The notes under the pieces were generated by a model that saw only the letters and a list, made by a program, of their open reading frames with translations, was not told the DNA's origin and did not search any database. DNA of 64,000 nt from Heterodontus francisci (Eukaryota). A program made the position numbers and the translations under genes. The stretch is from positions 27,736,149-27,800,148 of the forward strand of contig NC_090404.1 in NCBI RefSeq assembly GCF_036365525.1, read 5' to 3'. Of the stretch, positions 50,410 through 62,460 are shown piece by piece. Each line of letters opens with the position of its first letter. Positions within the stretch are counted from its first letter, which is position 1.

Positions 50410-51472
50410 ATTTGAATATCTCTATCAAATCACCTCTCATCCTTCTCTTCCCCAAGGAAAACAGTCCCAACTTCTCCAACCTATCTTCTTAAGTGAAATT
50501 CCTCATCCCTGGAACCAACATTCATGAATCGTTTTTGTACTCTCTCCAATGCTTTCTCATCTTCCCTAAAGTGGGCCAGCCAGAACTGGATGCAATACTC
50601 CAGTTGAGGCTGATTGTGTCTTATACAAGTTCAACATAACCTCCTTGCTCTTGTATACTCTGGCCGTATTAATAAAGCTTAACATACTGTATGCTTTATT
50701 AACTGTTCTAACAACATGTCCTGCCAGCTTCAATGACTGATGCACATATACCCCCAGGTCCCTCTGCTTCTGTATTCCCTTTAGAACTGTCCCCTTTATT
50801 TTATATTGTCTCTCCATGTTCTTCCTACCAAAATGAATCACCTCACATTTCTCCACGTTGACCTTCATCTGCCACTTGTCCACCTATTCCACCAACTTGT
50901 CTGTCCTTTTGAAGTTCTACGCTATCCTCCTCACAGTTCACAATGCTTCCAAGTTTAGTATCACCCACAAATTTTGAAATTGTGCCCTGTACACCAAGAT
51001 CAAGGTCATTAATATATAGCAGGAAGAGCAAGGGTCCAGACACTGACCCCTGGGGAACTCCACTACAAAACTTTCTCCAGTCTGAAGAGCATCCATTAAC
51101 CACTACTCTCTGTTTCCTGTCAGTCAGCCAATTTCATATCCCTGTTGCTACTGTCCCTTTTATTCCAGTGTCGCTCTGTATCAAATGCCTTTTGGTATTC
51201 CATGTACAGCACATCAACTGCATTGCCCTCATCAACCCTCTCTGTTAGGTCTTCAAAAAACACCAGCAAGTTAGTCGAGCATGATTTTTCCAGAATGAAT
51301 CAGTGCTGGCTTGCCTCAATCAGAACACATTTGTCCATGTGGCTATTAATTTGATCCCAAATTATTATTTCTAGAAATTTTCCCACCACTGATGTTAAAC
51401 TAAGAGACCTGTAGTTGCTGGTTTTATCATTACATCCTTTTTTGAGCAAAGGTGTAACATTTGCAATTCTCC
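50410..51472 (-). mobile_element. CR1-type LINE RT fragment
   Basis: SGVPQGSVSGPLLFLLYINDL...KFVGDTKLG. Confidence 0.9.
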
Positions 51473-51611
51473 ATCAGTGAATCAATGGGAACATTGGTCC
51501 AATTCAGTTGCGTATGAGTTCACAGACCTGGGCTCATCTCAGGTGTTGTGTTGATCTTGGAGTAGCAGCTACTCTTTCTGACTTGGAGAATCAATGTCAG
51601 CATAATAAACA

Positions 51612-51856
51612 ATGAGACTGAGCTAGAGAGAGAGAAAGACAGACAGAGGGTGAGAGACAGACAGTGAATGAAAGTGTGATAAAGTGAGAGACGGGGAGGA
51701 AGAGTGAGAGACAGATCGAGAAATACATACAGGGAGAGACAGAAATTGAGACAAAGTGAAAGACAGAAGGACAGGGAGAAAGAAGGGTACAGAGACAAAG
51801 AGAGAAGGGGAGAAAGACAGGCGTACAGAGAAGGGAAAATGGGGAGAGAAAGAGAT
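51612..51856. repeat. GA-rich low-complexity tract (opposite polarity to the 1-30 kb tract)
   Basis: Degenerate GAGA/GACA repeats on the + strand. Confidence 0.85.
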
Positions 51857-51904
51857 TAACTCTACTTTTTACACTTGCCATAAATAGGACGATAGTTTCA
51901 TCAC

Positions 51905-53530
51905 AGAATGATAGAATAATAGAAAGTTTAAGGCACAGAAAGAGGCCACTTGGCCCATCGTATCGGCGCCGACTGAAAAACGAGCCACCTATTCTAATCC
52001 CACCTTCCAGCATTTGGTCCATAGCCCTGCAGTTTACAGCACTTGAGGTGCATATCCAGACTCCTTTTGAATGAGTTGAGGTTCTCTGCCTCAATTATCC
52101 TTTCAGGCAGCGAGTTCCAGACCATCACCACCCTCTGGGTGAAAAGGCTTTTCCTCATCTCCCCTCAAATGTTTCTACCAATCACTTTAAATCTATGCCC
52201 CCTCATCACTGCCCTCTCTGCTAAGGTGAATAGACCCTTCACCTCCACTCTATCCAGGACCCTCAAGATTTTGTATATTTCAATCAGATCTCCCCTCAGC
52301 CTTCTCTGTTCCAAGGAAAACAACCCCAGCCTATCCAATCTTTCCTCATAGCTGAATTTTTCTAGTCCTGGCAACATCCTCATAAATCTCCTCGTACCCT
52401 CTCTAGTGCAATTACGTCCTTTCTGTAATGAGGTGACCAGAACTGCACACAGTATTCAAGTTGTGGTCTAACAGTTCCAGCATAATGTCCTTGTTCTTGT
52501 ATTCTATACCTCGGCTAATAAAGGAAAGGATTCCTTATGCCTTCTTAACCACCTTATCGACCTGTCCTGCTACCTTCAGGGATCTGTGGACATTCACTCC
52601 AAGGTCCCTCACTTCCTCTACACTTCTCAGTATTTTCCTATGAATCGTGTATTCCTTTGCCTTGTTTGACCTCCCCAGATGCATCACCTCTCACTTCTCC
52701 AGGTTGAATTCCACTTGCCACTTTTCTGCAAATCTGAGCAGACCAACAATACCTTCCTGCAGCCTACAGCTATCCTCCTCTCTATCTACCACACGGCCAA
52801 TCTTTGCGTCGTCTGCAAACTTCTTCATCATGTCCCCTACAGTTACATCCAAATCGTCAATATACAGCACAAAAAGCAGGGGACCCAGTGTTGAGCCCTG
52901 CAGAACGCCACTGGAAACAGCCCTCCAGTCGCTAAAACAGCTGTCAACAATTACCAGTATTTCTTGGTTTTATGTCAACATTTACCCTTTGTTTCTGCCA
53001 CTGAGCCAATTTTGTATCCACCTTGCTGCATTTCCCTGGATCCCATGGGATTTTATTTTTTTAACCATCTGCCATGTGGGACCTTGTCAGAAGCCTTGCT
53101 AAAATCCATGTAGACCACATCAACTGCATTACCCTCATCTATCTTCCTTGTTACTTCTTCAAAAAATTCGATCAAGTTCATCAAAGAAGATCTTCCCTTA
53201 ACAAGTCCATGCTGACTATCCTTGATTAACCTGTGCCTTTCTAAGTGACAGTTTATCCTGTCTCTCAGAATAGATTCCAATAATTTGCCCACTACTGAGG
53301 TTAGACTGCCTGGCCTGTAATTATTCAGTCTATTCTTCACTCCCTTTTTAAACAGAGGTACAAATTGAGCAATTCTCCAATCCTCCTGCAATGAGGTCTG
53401 GAAAATGATGGTCAGACCCTCTGCTATTTCCTCTCTTGCTTCTTTTAACAGCCTAGGATAAATTTCATTTGGGCCTGGTGATTTATCAACTTTCACAGAT
53501 GCTAATCCCACTAATACTTCCTCTCTCCCT
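51905..53530 (-). mobile_element. CR1-type LINE (3' half of ORF2 and tail)
   Basis: KSPGPNEIYPRLLKE...VDVVYMDFSKA and YEERLDRLGLFSLEQRRLRGDLIE. Confidence 0.92.
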
Positions 53531-53739
53531 AGGCTCCCTTACGTAAGCTCGGACTAGATGGTGTGTTCCCTTCACTGAAGGACATCAGTTGGGTGTTTAC
53601 AATAGTTCAGCAGCTTTCATGGTCACTTTTTCCTAGTGCCTGACCCACAAATTACCAGATTCATTCTGCTCCATTTCACAACCTGCTTTAAAGTTTCTCT
53701 CACACTCCCTTTTTTTTCTGTTTTAAATCAATTTCACAG

Positions 53740-54126
53740 GGTATCAGAAGTGGAGGATTTACAGTCAGAAACTCAAACCAACATCACATCAGGATCTGAC
53801 AGTCGTCCAATTTATCATAACCTGAATATCAGAGAATTTTGAACATGGAAGGAGAAAGCAGCGATCACAGTGGGGAGAAACAGTGCACGTGTTCTGTGTG
53901 TGGACGAGGTTTCAGCTGATCATCTGGCCTGTCAAAACACAAGTGCCATCACACGAGGGAGAAGCCATGGAAATGTGGGGACTGTGGAAAGGGATTCAAT
54001 TACCCATCCCAGCTAGAAAGTCATTGGCGCACTCACACTGGGGAGAGGCCGTTCACCTGCTCAGAGTGTGGGGAGGGATTCACTACGTCATCCTACCTTC
54101 TGACACACCAGTGAGTACACAAGTAA
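53740..54126 (+). pseudogene. C2H2 ZNF pseudogene (3 fingers), paralog of the 32596 gene
   Basis: Acceptor TTTCACAG ends at 53739; ATG at 53845 (MEGESSDHSGEK); in-frame TGA at 53917-53919; frameshift in finger 3; conserved 3'UTR motif and AATAAA at ~54251. Confidence 0.88.
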
Positions 54127-54324
54127 CTACAGTGGTTAGATTCTGCTATTAACCACATCCAGGACTGAACGATATTCGTTGGGAACTGTTTCTGCTGATG
54201 TTAAAGAACTGCAGCCCAGTTATAGGGGTGAAAGTTTGGGATAAAAGTCAAATAAATCAGTTTTGTATTAAATACACAGTGTGTTGAGTCTTTTTAATAT
54301 CTTTAACACAAGTTCATTCCTTTT

Positions 54325-54785
54325 GAAGTGCTCTCCCTCTCCCCTGTCTCCTCCATCCTCACCTCCAAAAAGTGCGAAGAGCTCATGGTCTTCTTTGTCA
54401 CTCAGATTGAGACCATCCAATCAGCTGCCTCTGCTGCTTCGCTCCCTCCCACTAGCCCCCCCAGGTCAAACTGTCTCGAAAGATCCTCCTGCCCGAGCCC
54501 TGAACCCACATCTTTCCCTAGTTTCTCTCCTATCTCCCTCATGTCCTCTCTGAGCTCATCTTGTCCATGAGACCCACCTCCTGCTCCCTCGACCCTATTC
54601 CCACTAAACTGCTGACCAGCCAACTTCCCCATGTTAACTGATATTGTTAATGGTTCTCTCTCTTCAGGTACTGTCTATCTCTCCTTTAAATCCACCATCA
54701 TCACCCCTTCCTCAAAAAACAAGCTTGACCCCACTGTCCTTGCAAACAACCACCATCTGAAACCTTCCTTTCTTCTCCAAAAATC
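54325..54785 (+). mobile_element. L2-type LINE fragment
   Basis: CEELMVFFVTQIETI, SCSLDPIPTKLL and DIVNGSLSSG...LDPTVLAN motifs. Confidence 0.8.
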
Positions 54786-54789
54786 CTTG

Positions 54790-57370
54790 ATAGACCCAGC
54801 AGAGGAGGCAGCAGACTGGTATACAGTGGGGTGGGAGTTACCTTGGGAGTCCTCAGCATCGACTTCAGACCTCATGAAATCTCATGGCATCAGGTCAAAC
54901 ATGACCAAGGAAACCTCCTGCTGATTACCACCTACTGCCCTCCCCACCCCCGTCAGCTGATGAATCAGTACTCCTCCAAGTTGAACACTACTTGGAGGAA
55001 GCACCGAGGGTGGCAAGGACGCAGAATGTACTCTGGTGAGGGACTTCAATATCCATCACCAAGAGTGGCCAGGCAGCACCACTATTCACCGAGCTGGCTG
55101 AGTGCTAAAGGACATAGCTGCTAGAATGGGTCTGCAGCAGGTGATGAGGGAACCAACAAGAGGTAAAAATATATTTGACCTCATCGTCACCAATTTGCCT
55201 GCCACAGATGCATCTGTCCACGATAGTATTGGTAGGAGTGACCACAGCATAATCCTTGTGGAGGCGAAGTCCCGTCTTCACATTGAGGATACCCTCCATC
55301 GTGTTGTGTGGCACTACCACCGTGCTAAATGGGATAGATTTTAAACAGATCTAACAATGCAAAACTGGGCATCCATGAGGTGCTGTGGACCATCAGCAGC
55401 GGCAGAACTGTATTCAACCACAGTCTGTAACCTCATGGCCCGGCATATCCCCCACTCTACCATTACCATCAAGCCAGGAGACCAACCTTGGTTCAATGAA
55501 GAGTGCAAGAGGGCATGCCAAGAGCAGCACCAGACACACCTCAAAATGACGTGTCAACCTGGTGAAGCGACATGCCAGGACTACTTGCATGCCGAACAGC
55601 ATAAGCAGCATGCAATAGACAGATCAGATACATGCTCTGCAGTCCTGCCACATCCAGTCGTGAATGGTGGTGGACCATTAAACAATTAACAGGAGGAGGT
55701 TGCTCCAAAAATATCCCCCATCCTCAACGACGGGGGAGCCCAGCACATCAGTGCAAAAGATAAGGCTGAAGCATTTGCAACAATCTTCAGGCCGAAGTGC
55801 CAAGTGGATGATCCATCTCAGTCTTCTCCTGATGTCCCCAGCATCACAGATGCCAATATTCAGCCAATTCGATTAACTCCACGTGATATCAAGGAATGAC
55901 TGAAGGCACGAGATCCTGCAAAGGCTATGGTCCCTGATAACACTGGCATCTATCCTGCAATGTGGAAAATTGCCCAGGTATGTCCTGCAAACACAAAGCA
56001 GGACAAGTCCAACCCGACCAATTACCGCCCTATCAGTCTACTCTCGATCTTCAGTAAAGTGATGGAAGGTGTCATCGACAGTGCTATCAGGTAGCACTTG
56101 CTTAGCAATAACCTGCTCACTGACGCTCAGTTTAGGTTATCCCAGGGCCAATCATTTCCTGACCTCAATACAGCCTTGGTTCAAACATGGACAAAAGAGC
56201 TGAACTCAAGAGATGAGGTGAGAGTGACTGCCCTTAACATCAAGGCAGCATTTGACCGAGTATGGCATCAAGTAGCCCTAGCAAAACTGGAGTCAATGGG
56301 AAACAGGGGAAAACTCTCTGCTGGTGGGAATTGTACCTAGCACAAAGGAAGATTGTTGTGGTTATTGGAGGTCAATCATCTGAGCTCCAGGACATCACTG
56401 CAGGAGTTCCTTAGGGTAGTGTCCTCGGCCCAACCATCTTCAGCTGCTTCACCTTCCTTCAATCATAAGGTCAGAAGTGGGGATGTTTGCTGATGATTGC
56501 ACAATGTTCAGCACCATTCGCGACTCCTCAGATACTGAAGCAGTCCGTGTAGAAATGCAGCAAGACCTGGACAATATCCAGGCTTCAACTGATAAGTGGC
56601 AGGTAACATTCGCGCCACACAAGTGCCAGGCAATTACCATCTCCAACAAGAGAGAATCTAACCATTTCCCCTTGACATTTAACAGCATTACCATCGCTTA
56701 ATACCCCACTATCAACATCCTAGGGGCTATCATTGACCAGAAACTGAACTGGAGTAGCCATATAAATACCGTGGCTACAAGAGCAGGTCAGAGGCTAGGA
56801 ATCCTGCGGTGAGTAACTCACCCTCCTGACTCCCCAAAGCCTGTCCACCATCTACAAGGCACAAGTCAGGAGTGTGATGGAATACTCTCTATTTGCCTGG
56901 ATGGGTGCAGCTCCAACAACACTCAAGAAGCTCGACACCATCCAGGACAAAGCAGCCCACTTGATTGTTTGTAGATGGGGTGCCATTCACTCCCTCCACC
57001 ACCGACGCACAGTGGCAGCAGTGTGTACCATCTACAAGATGCAATGCAGTAACGTACCAAGGCTCCTTAAACAGCACCTTCCAAACCCGTGACCTCTACC
57101 AACTAGAAGGACAAGGGCAGCAAATGCATGGGAACACCACCATCTGCAAGCTCCCCTCCAAGTCACACACCATCCTGACTTGAAACTATATTGCTCGATC
57201 AAAATCTTGGAACACCCTTCCTAACAGCACTGTGGGTGTACCTACCACACATGGACTGCAGCGGATCAAGAAAGCAGCTCACCACCACCTTCTCAAGGGC
57301 AATTAGGGATGGGCAATAAATGCTGGCCTGGCCAGAAATGCCCACATCCCATAAAACGAATAAAAATAAA
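54790..57370 (+). mobile_element. Decayed non-LTR retrotransposon (CR1-group; APE endonuclease, RT and 3' end)
   Basis: EPTRGKNIFDL...GRSDH, NYRPISLL, AFDRVWH, MFADD and WQVTFAPHKCQ with stops and frameshifts; A-rich end. Confidence 0.9.
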
Positions 57371-57374
57371 TGGA

Positions 57375-58665
57375 ATAAAACATCCCAAGGCACTTCACAG
57401 GAGTGTTGCAAAACAAAATATGACACCGAACTACATAAGGAGATACTAGAACAGATGACCAAATGCTTGGTCAAAGAGATAGCTTTTGAGGAGTATCTTG
57501 AAGGAGGGAAGTGAGATAGAGAGGCAGTGAGGTTGAGGGAGGGAATTCCAGAGCTTGGGTCCCAGGCAGCTGAAGGCAGGGCCGCCAATGAGGGAGAGAT
57601 TACAATTAGGGATGATCAAGAGGACAGAATCAGATGAGCATCTCAGAGGGTTGTAGGGCTGGAGGTCATTACCGAGATAGTGAGGGGCAAGGCCATGGAG
57701 GGATTTAAAAACAAGGATGACAATTTTTAAAATCAAGACTTATCTTGACCAGAATCCAACGTGTGTCAGTGAGCACAGGTGTAGTAGGTGAACAGGATTT
57801 GGTGCAAGTTAAGACATGGGCAGCAGAGTTTTGTATGACCTCAAGGTTACAGGGGGTAGAATGTGGGAGACTAGCCAGGAGTCTGTTGGGATAATCAAGC
57901 ATGGAGGTAACAAAGGCACAAATGAGGGTTTCACCAGCAGATGAACTGAGACAGGGGCGAAGTCGAGCGGTTACCGAGGTGGAAATAGGTGGTCTTAGTG
58001 ATGGCACGAACATGCAGTCTGAAGGTCATCTCAGGGTCAAATGTGATACCGAGGTTGTAAAAAACTGGTACAATTTCAGACTGCTGCCAGAGAAAGGGAT
58101 GGAGCCAGTAGCTAGGGAACAGAGATTGGAGTAGCGACCAAAATAAATTTACTTCAGTCTTCCCAATATTTAATTGAACGAAATTTCTGCTCATCCAGCA
58201 CTAGATCTCGAAGAAGCAGTCTGATAATTCAGAGAGAGCGGAGAGGTTGAGAGAGGTGGTGGTGAAGTAGAGCTGGACATTGTCAGCCAAAACTGACACC
58301 AGCGTTAACAGTGTGGGAGCAGGAAGAGAAGCCGTTGCAAGTGATTCTGTGTCTACAGTTAGCTAAGAATGGAACCAGGTGACAGCAGTCCTACCAGGCT
58401 GGATGACAATGGAGAAATGTTGGAGGGTGAAGGTGTGGTCAACAATGTCAAAGACTGCAGAGAGGTTAAAAAGGATAAGGAGGGAAAGTTGGTCCTAGTC
58501 ACATATGATGCCATTCCTGACTTCGATTTGAGCCGTTTCTGCACTGTGGCAGGGGTGGAAAACTGGTTGGAGGGATTCAAATATGGAGTTCCAGGAAAGA
58601 TGGGAATGGATTTGGGAAGCAATAACACATTCAATGACAGTGGAGAGGAAAGGGAGGTTGGAGTA
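57375..58665 (-). mobile_element. L2-type LINE 3' part
   Basis: MSRNFVQLNIGKTE, LICAFVTSMLDYPN and ILVFKSLHGLAPHYL. Confidence 0.85.
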
Positions 58666-58843
58666 AAAACAACTGATGATGGTTCACTGACCTGAAACGT
58701 TAACTCTGCTTCTCTCTCCACAGATGGGTATTTCCAGCACTTTTTCTTTTTATTTCAGATTTCCAGCATCTGCAGTATTTTGCTTTTATATAAGGGAGGT
58801 TGGAGATTGCCCTGTTTCTGAAGCTCTGGTTTCTCACTGATAG

Positions 58844-59146
58844 AAATCACAGTATTTCTCAGAGATCCCTCAATTGAAGACATCTGGATCAATAAGACTG
58901 CCTCCCTGGTGTGTGAAGTGGTCTCTACAATTCCCACTGAGATTGCGATCTCTTGGACAGTTGATGGTAAGATGAGGACTAAAGGAGTTCAAATCGAAGC
59001 AGCTACAAAGGATGGAAACCAGTACCTGACAATCAGCCGCTTGACAAGTAGCATGGAAGAGTGGGATAGCGGGGTTGAATACTCATGCTCAGCACATGGG
59101 GACCAATCATCAAATCCGGTAACAAAACAAACAAGAAAGACAAAAG
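58844..59146 (+). CDS. Immunoglobulin heavy-chain constant exon (C1-set; IgNAR C2-like or homologous IgW domain)
   Basis: AG at 58842-58843, GT at 59147, phase 1-1. Encodes EITVFLRDPSIEDIWINKTASLVCEVV...ISWTVDG...NQYLTISRLTSSMEEWDSGVEYSCSA...TRKTK with conserved C-W-C; closely resembles the recalled shark IgNAR C2. Confidence 0.9.
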
Positions 59147-59221
59147 GTGGGTAAAAATATATCACCCTGTTTTTAAATGACAGTGGAAGGAAGACTAACC
59201 CTGGTTGAACTTCTGTTACAG

Positions 59222-59539
59222 TCGAGCCAATGCAGCCAAAGGTCCGCCTCCTGCCTCCAACACCAAAGGAGATTCAAAATACCAGCACCGCCATTCTCAC
59301 ATGCTTGATAAGAGGATTCTATCCTGATAAAATAACCGTTTCCTGGGAGAAGGACGGAGTTGCTTTAAACTCGAACGTCACCAGTTTCCCCACTGCTCTT
59401 GAACAGGACCAGAGCTTCAGCACAAGCAGCCTTCTCATTTTACCTGCAGCTGAATGGAAAAAGGGAGAAACATACACCTGTTCTGCCTCACATCCACCTT
59501 CAGACTCTACCGTGAAGAGGGCCATCAGCAACCCAGAAG
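59222..59539 (+). CDS. Immunoglobulin heavy-chain constant exon (IgNAR C3-like or homologous IgW domain)
   Basis: Follows a 75-bp GT-AG intron with ACTAAC branch point. Encodes VEPMQPKVRLLPP...LTCLIRGFYPDKITVSW...FPTALEQD...EWKKGETYTCSASHPPS; donor G|GTAAGG at 59540. Confidence 0.92.
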
Positions 59540-60949
59540 GTAAGGGCAGTTACACAATATATACTCACACAATCAGTGCTTTGTACTTAATCTAAAGGCA
59601 ACATCAAACAACGGGGGCACTGGTGATCAGATTCCTCTAGTTGTAGGAACAGCAAAATGTGTGGATAACAATTAATGCAGCCTTAACTCACAGGCCACAC
59701 GGAGACAATAAAATGATCAGCACTCAGTGTGTGCGCCGCTATATACATGTGAGGACCCAATGGTAAGAATGAAGTAGGAGAAGGATTTCTCCAACTTCAC
59801 TGTACGGTTCACTGGTGATTGTGGGCTATCTTTAAACAGCAATAAACAGTAGCTGAAGATGCATAGAGTTCCATAATGTGGGAAGAAGACTTTGGGTGCT
59901 GTTTACTTCGTTCTGTACTGCAGGATTTAAGTCCGACACAACAATGAGTGCCAGCAGTCAGTTAAAAGCCAAAAACAGCCAGTTATCAGGCGGCTCAGCC
60001 AATTGATGCGAGTAGATTTTTACATTTTAATTCTTCATATCTTCTGCACCACCAGGGTTAGAGGTCATAGGAGTCTAATAACATCATCATGAACAGAATC
60101 CAATGCTGTGACCTTTTGTTTTGATGAGTGTAAACTAAACTGTTTTCATTTCTGATTATTTGTAATTTGATTGGAATAAAAATAATGAGGTATATTGGAA
60201 CCCACTACGTTCTGGCTACGGGGCTGCAACTGACCTCCAGCACCAGTCAGTCTGATGCGTAAACGTCTGCAGCATGAGAACGGGAACAATTTGTCCCAAT
60301 TAAATTCCAGTCAGAGTTATTCCTGATCTGTGGAATAAATGATTGGAAATATTATTTGCACAATAATAGCCCCACCACCTCCGTGTGAAGGATGAAGAAG
60401 CAATAAACTTCCCTGGATCTGGGGTTGGATACCCGTTTCTTGCTGAGTTCGTTGATTTCACCTGATGGTGTTCGGGGCCTGAAATTGGTCTTAGTGTCCC
60501 TCGATTCACGAAACAGCAATAGTGCGTGGTTCCACTCCTGATCTATGGTAAATGCGTGTGTGCTATTTCTGGGAACAAGAAGAGAGGACTTGGCTGCAAT
60601 GTCCTCACGGTACAACACCCTGCTGATATTTACTGTGTTTCGGGTCTCATGAACAATAGACCATTGGGTCAGGTACTGGAGGGCAGCCAATAGATCTCGT
60701 ACAGCAGTGAGTACAGGAGAGGATAGAATCAGGTAAATACTGCTATCGGGCACAATCATAAATTCTAACAACCGAGCTGAAGCATTGGCGAGGACCCCTA
60801 CACTGTAACAGTTAACTATGCACACCAGAAACCTCCAGTACTTTACCACCAGACTCCGCTGAGTTGACGAATCTCAACTGCTGGCTTTTTGGAAGGTGCA
60901 ATGGCCCAGGTACATCCGGGTTACTGAGGCGTAACCCATTGTTTCCTCT

Positions 60950-62460
60950 TACATAGGGTTACATAGACTATACAGCACAGAAATAGGCCATTCAGCCCAA
61001 TAAGTCCATGCAAGCGTTTATGCTTGGCTCAAGTCTCCTCCCGTATCGCCCCATCTAACTCTTTGAGCATAACGCTCTATTGAAATCTCCTTTATATTCT
61101 TGTCTCCTTCTTTGGCCTCCTTATCTCGAGAGACAGTGGATAAGCGCCTGGAGGTGGTCAGTGGCTTGTGAAGCAGCGCCTGGAGTGGCTATAAAGGCCA
61201 ATTCTAGAGTGACAAGCTCTTCCACAGGTGCTGCAGAGAAATTTGTTTGTCGGGGCTGTTACACAGTTGGCTCTCCCCTTGCGCTTCTGTCTTTTTTCCT
61301 GCCAACTACTAAGTCTCTTCGACTCGCCACACTTTAGCCCTGTCTTTATGGCTGCCCGCCAGCTCTGGCGAACGCTGGCAACTGACTCCCACAACTTGTG
61401 ATCAATGTCACAGGATTTCATGTCGCGTTTGCAGACGTCTTTAAAGCGGAGACATGGACGGCCGGTGGGTCTGATACCAGTGGCGAGCTCACTGTACAAT
61501 GTGTCTTTGGGGATCCTGCTATCTTCCATGCGGCTCACATGGCCAAGCCATCTCAAGCGCCGCTGACTCAGTAGTGTGTATAAGCTGGGGATGTTGGCCG
61601 CCTCGAGGACTTCTGTGTTGGAGATACGGTCCTGCCACCTGATGCCAAGTATTCTCCGGAGGCAGCGAAGATGGAATGAATTGAGAGGTCGCTCTTGGCT
61701 GACATACGTTGTTCAGGCCTTGCTGCCATAGAGCAAGGTACTGAGGAGACAGGCCTGATACACTCGGACTTTTGTGTTCTGGACTCCATTTAAGTACATT
61801 GTTCGCTTCAACCACTCCTTGTGGTAGAGAGTTCCCCATTTTCACCTTTCTCTAGACAAAGAAGCTTGTTCTGAATGCCCTATTGAATTTCTTGGTGACT
61901 ACCTTATGTTAATGGTCACGAGCTTTGCTCTTTCCCAAGTGGAAACATTCACTGTGTCTACTCTACCAAAACCTTTCATAATAAAAAAAAACTATTCGGT
62001 CACCCCTCAGCCTCCTCTTTTCAGGAGAAAAGAGACCTAGCCTGTTCATTCTCTCCTGAAAGGTATACCCCCGTATTCATGGTGTCATCCTTGTAAATAA
62101 TGTCTGCATCCTCTCCAATGCCTCTGTATCATTTTTCTTTTTATATATGACAAGCAGATTGTGTGCACTACTCCAGATGTGATCAAATCAAGGTTTGACG
62201 GCGGTTTAGCATAACTTCTTTACCTTTCAATTCTAGTTTGTTAATCTGCGTTTCTACTTTTAACGATTTATGCATTTGTACTCCCAGATCCATTTGCTCC
62301 TCTTCCACATTTATATTTTTATTTTCTAAGTAATACGTCACCTCTTTAACTTTCTTGGCAAAATGTGATACTTCACATTTATCTACGTTAAATTCATTGG
62401 ACAATTTTATTCCCATACTGCAAGTTTCTTCATATCTTCTTGTAATTCTACAACGGACTA
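60950..62460 (-). mobile_element. CR1-type LINE 3' part interrupted by RTE
   Basis: Tail ATACAGCACAGAAATAGGCCATTCAGCCC; motifs NSLPQGVVEAN and FNVDKCEVSHF. Confidence 0.8.
61098..61786 (-). mobile_element. RTE-clade LINE, 5'-truncated
   Basis: Nearly identical to 46903-47412, with the same C-terminal CSTCGRACHSRIGLYSH motif. Confidence 0.9.

Noticed and set aside
54275-54315. CACAGTG heptamer as an RSS upstream of the Ig exons
   Set aside because: Only a poor nonamer (AACACAAGT) at 23-bp spacing; it lies in the ZNF 3' flank with no adjacent V, D or J segment.
54790-57370. RT-encoding region as an active or domesticated gene
   Set aside because: Multiple stops, frameshifts and deletions; an ordinary decayed LINE.
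59540-59595. Read-through tail of ORF 59230..59595 as a secretory tailpiece
   Set aside because: It follows a strong GTAAGG donor and lacks the NVS sequon and penultimate Cys of Ig tailpieces.
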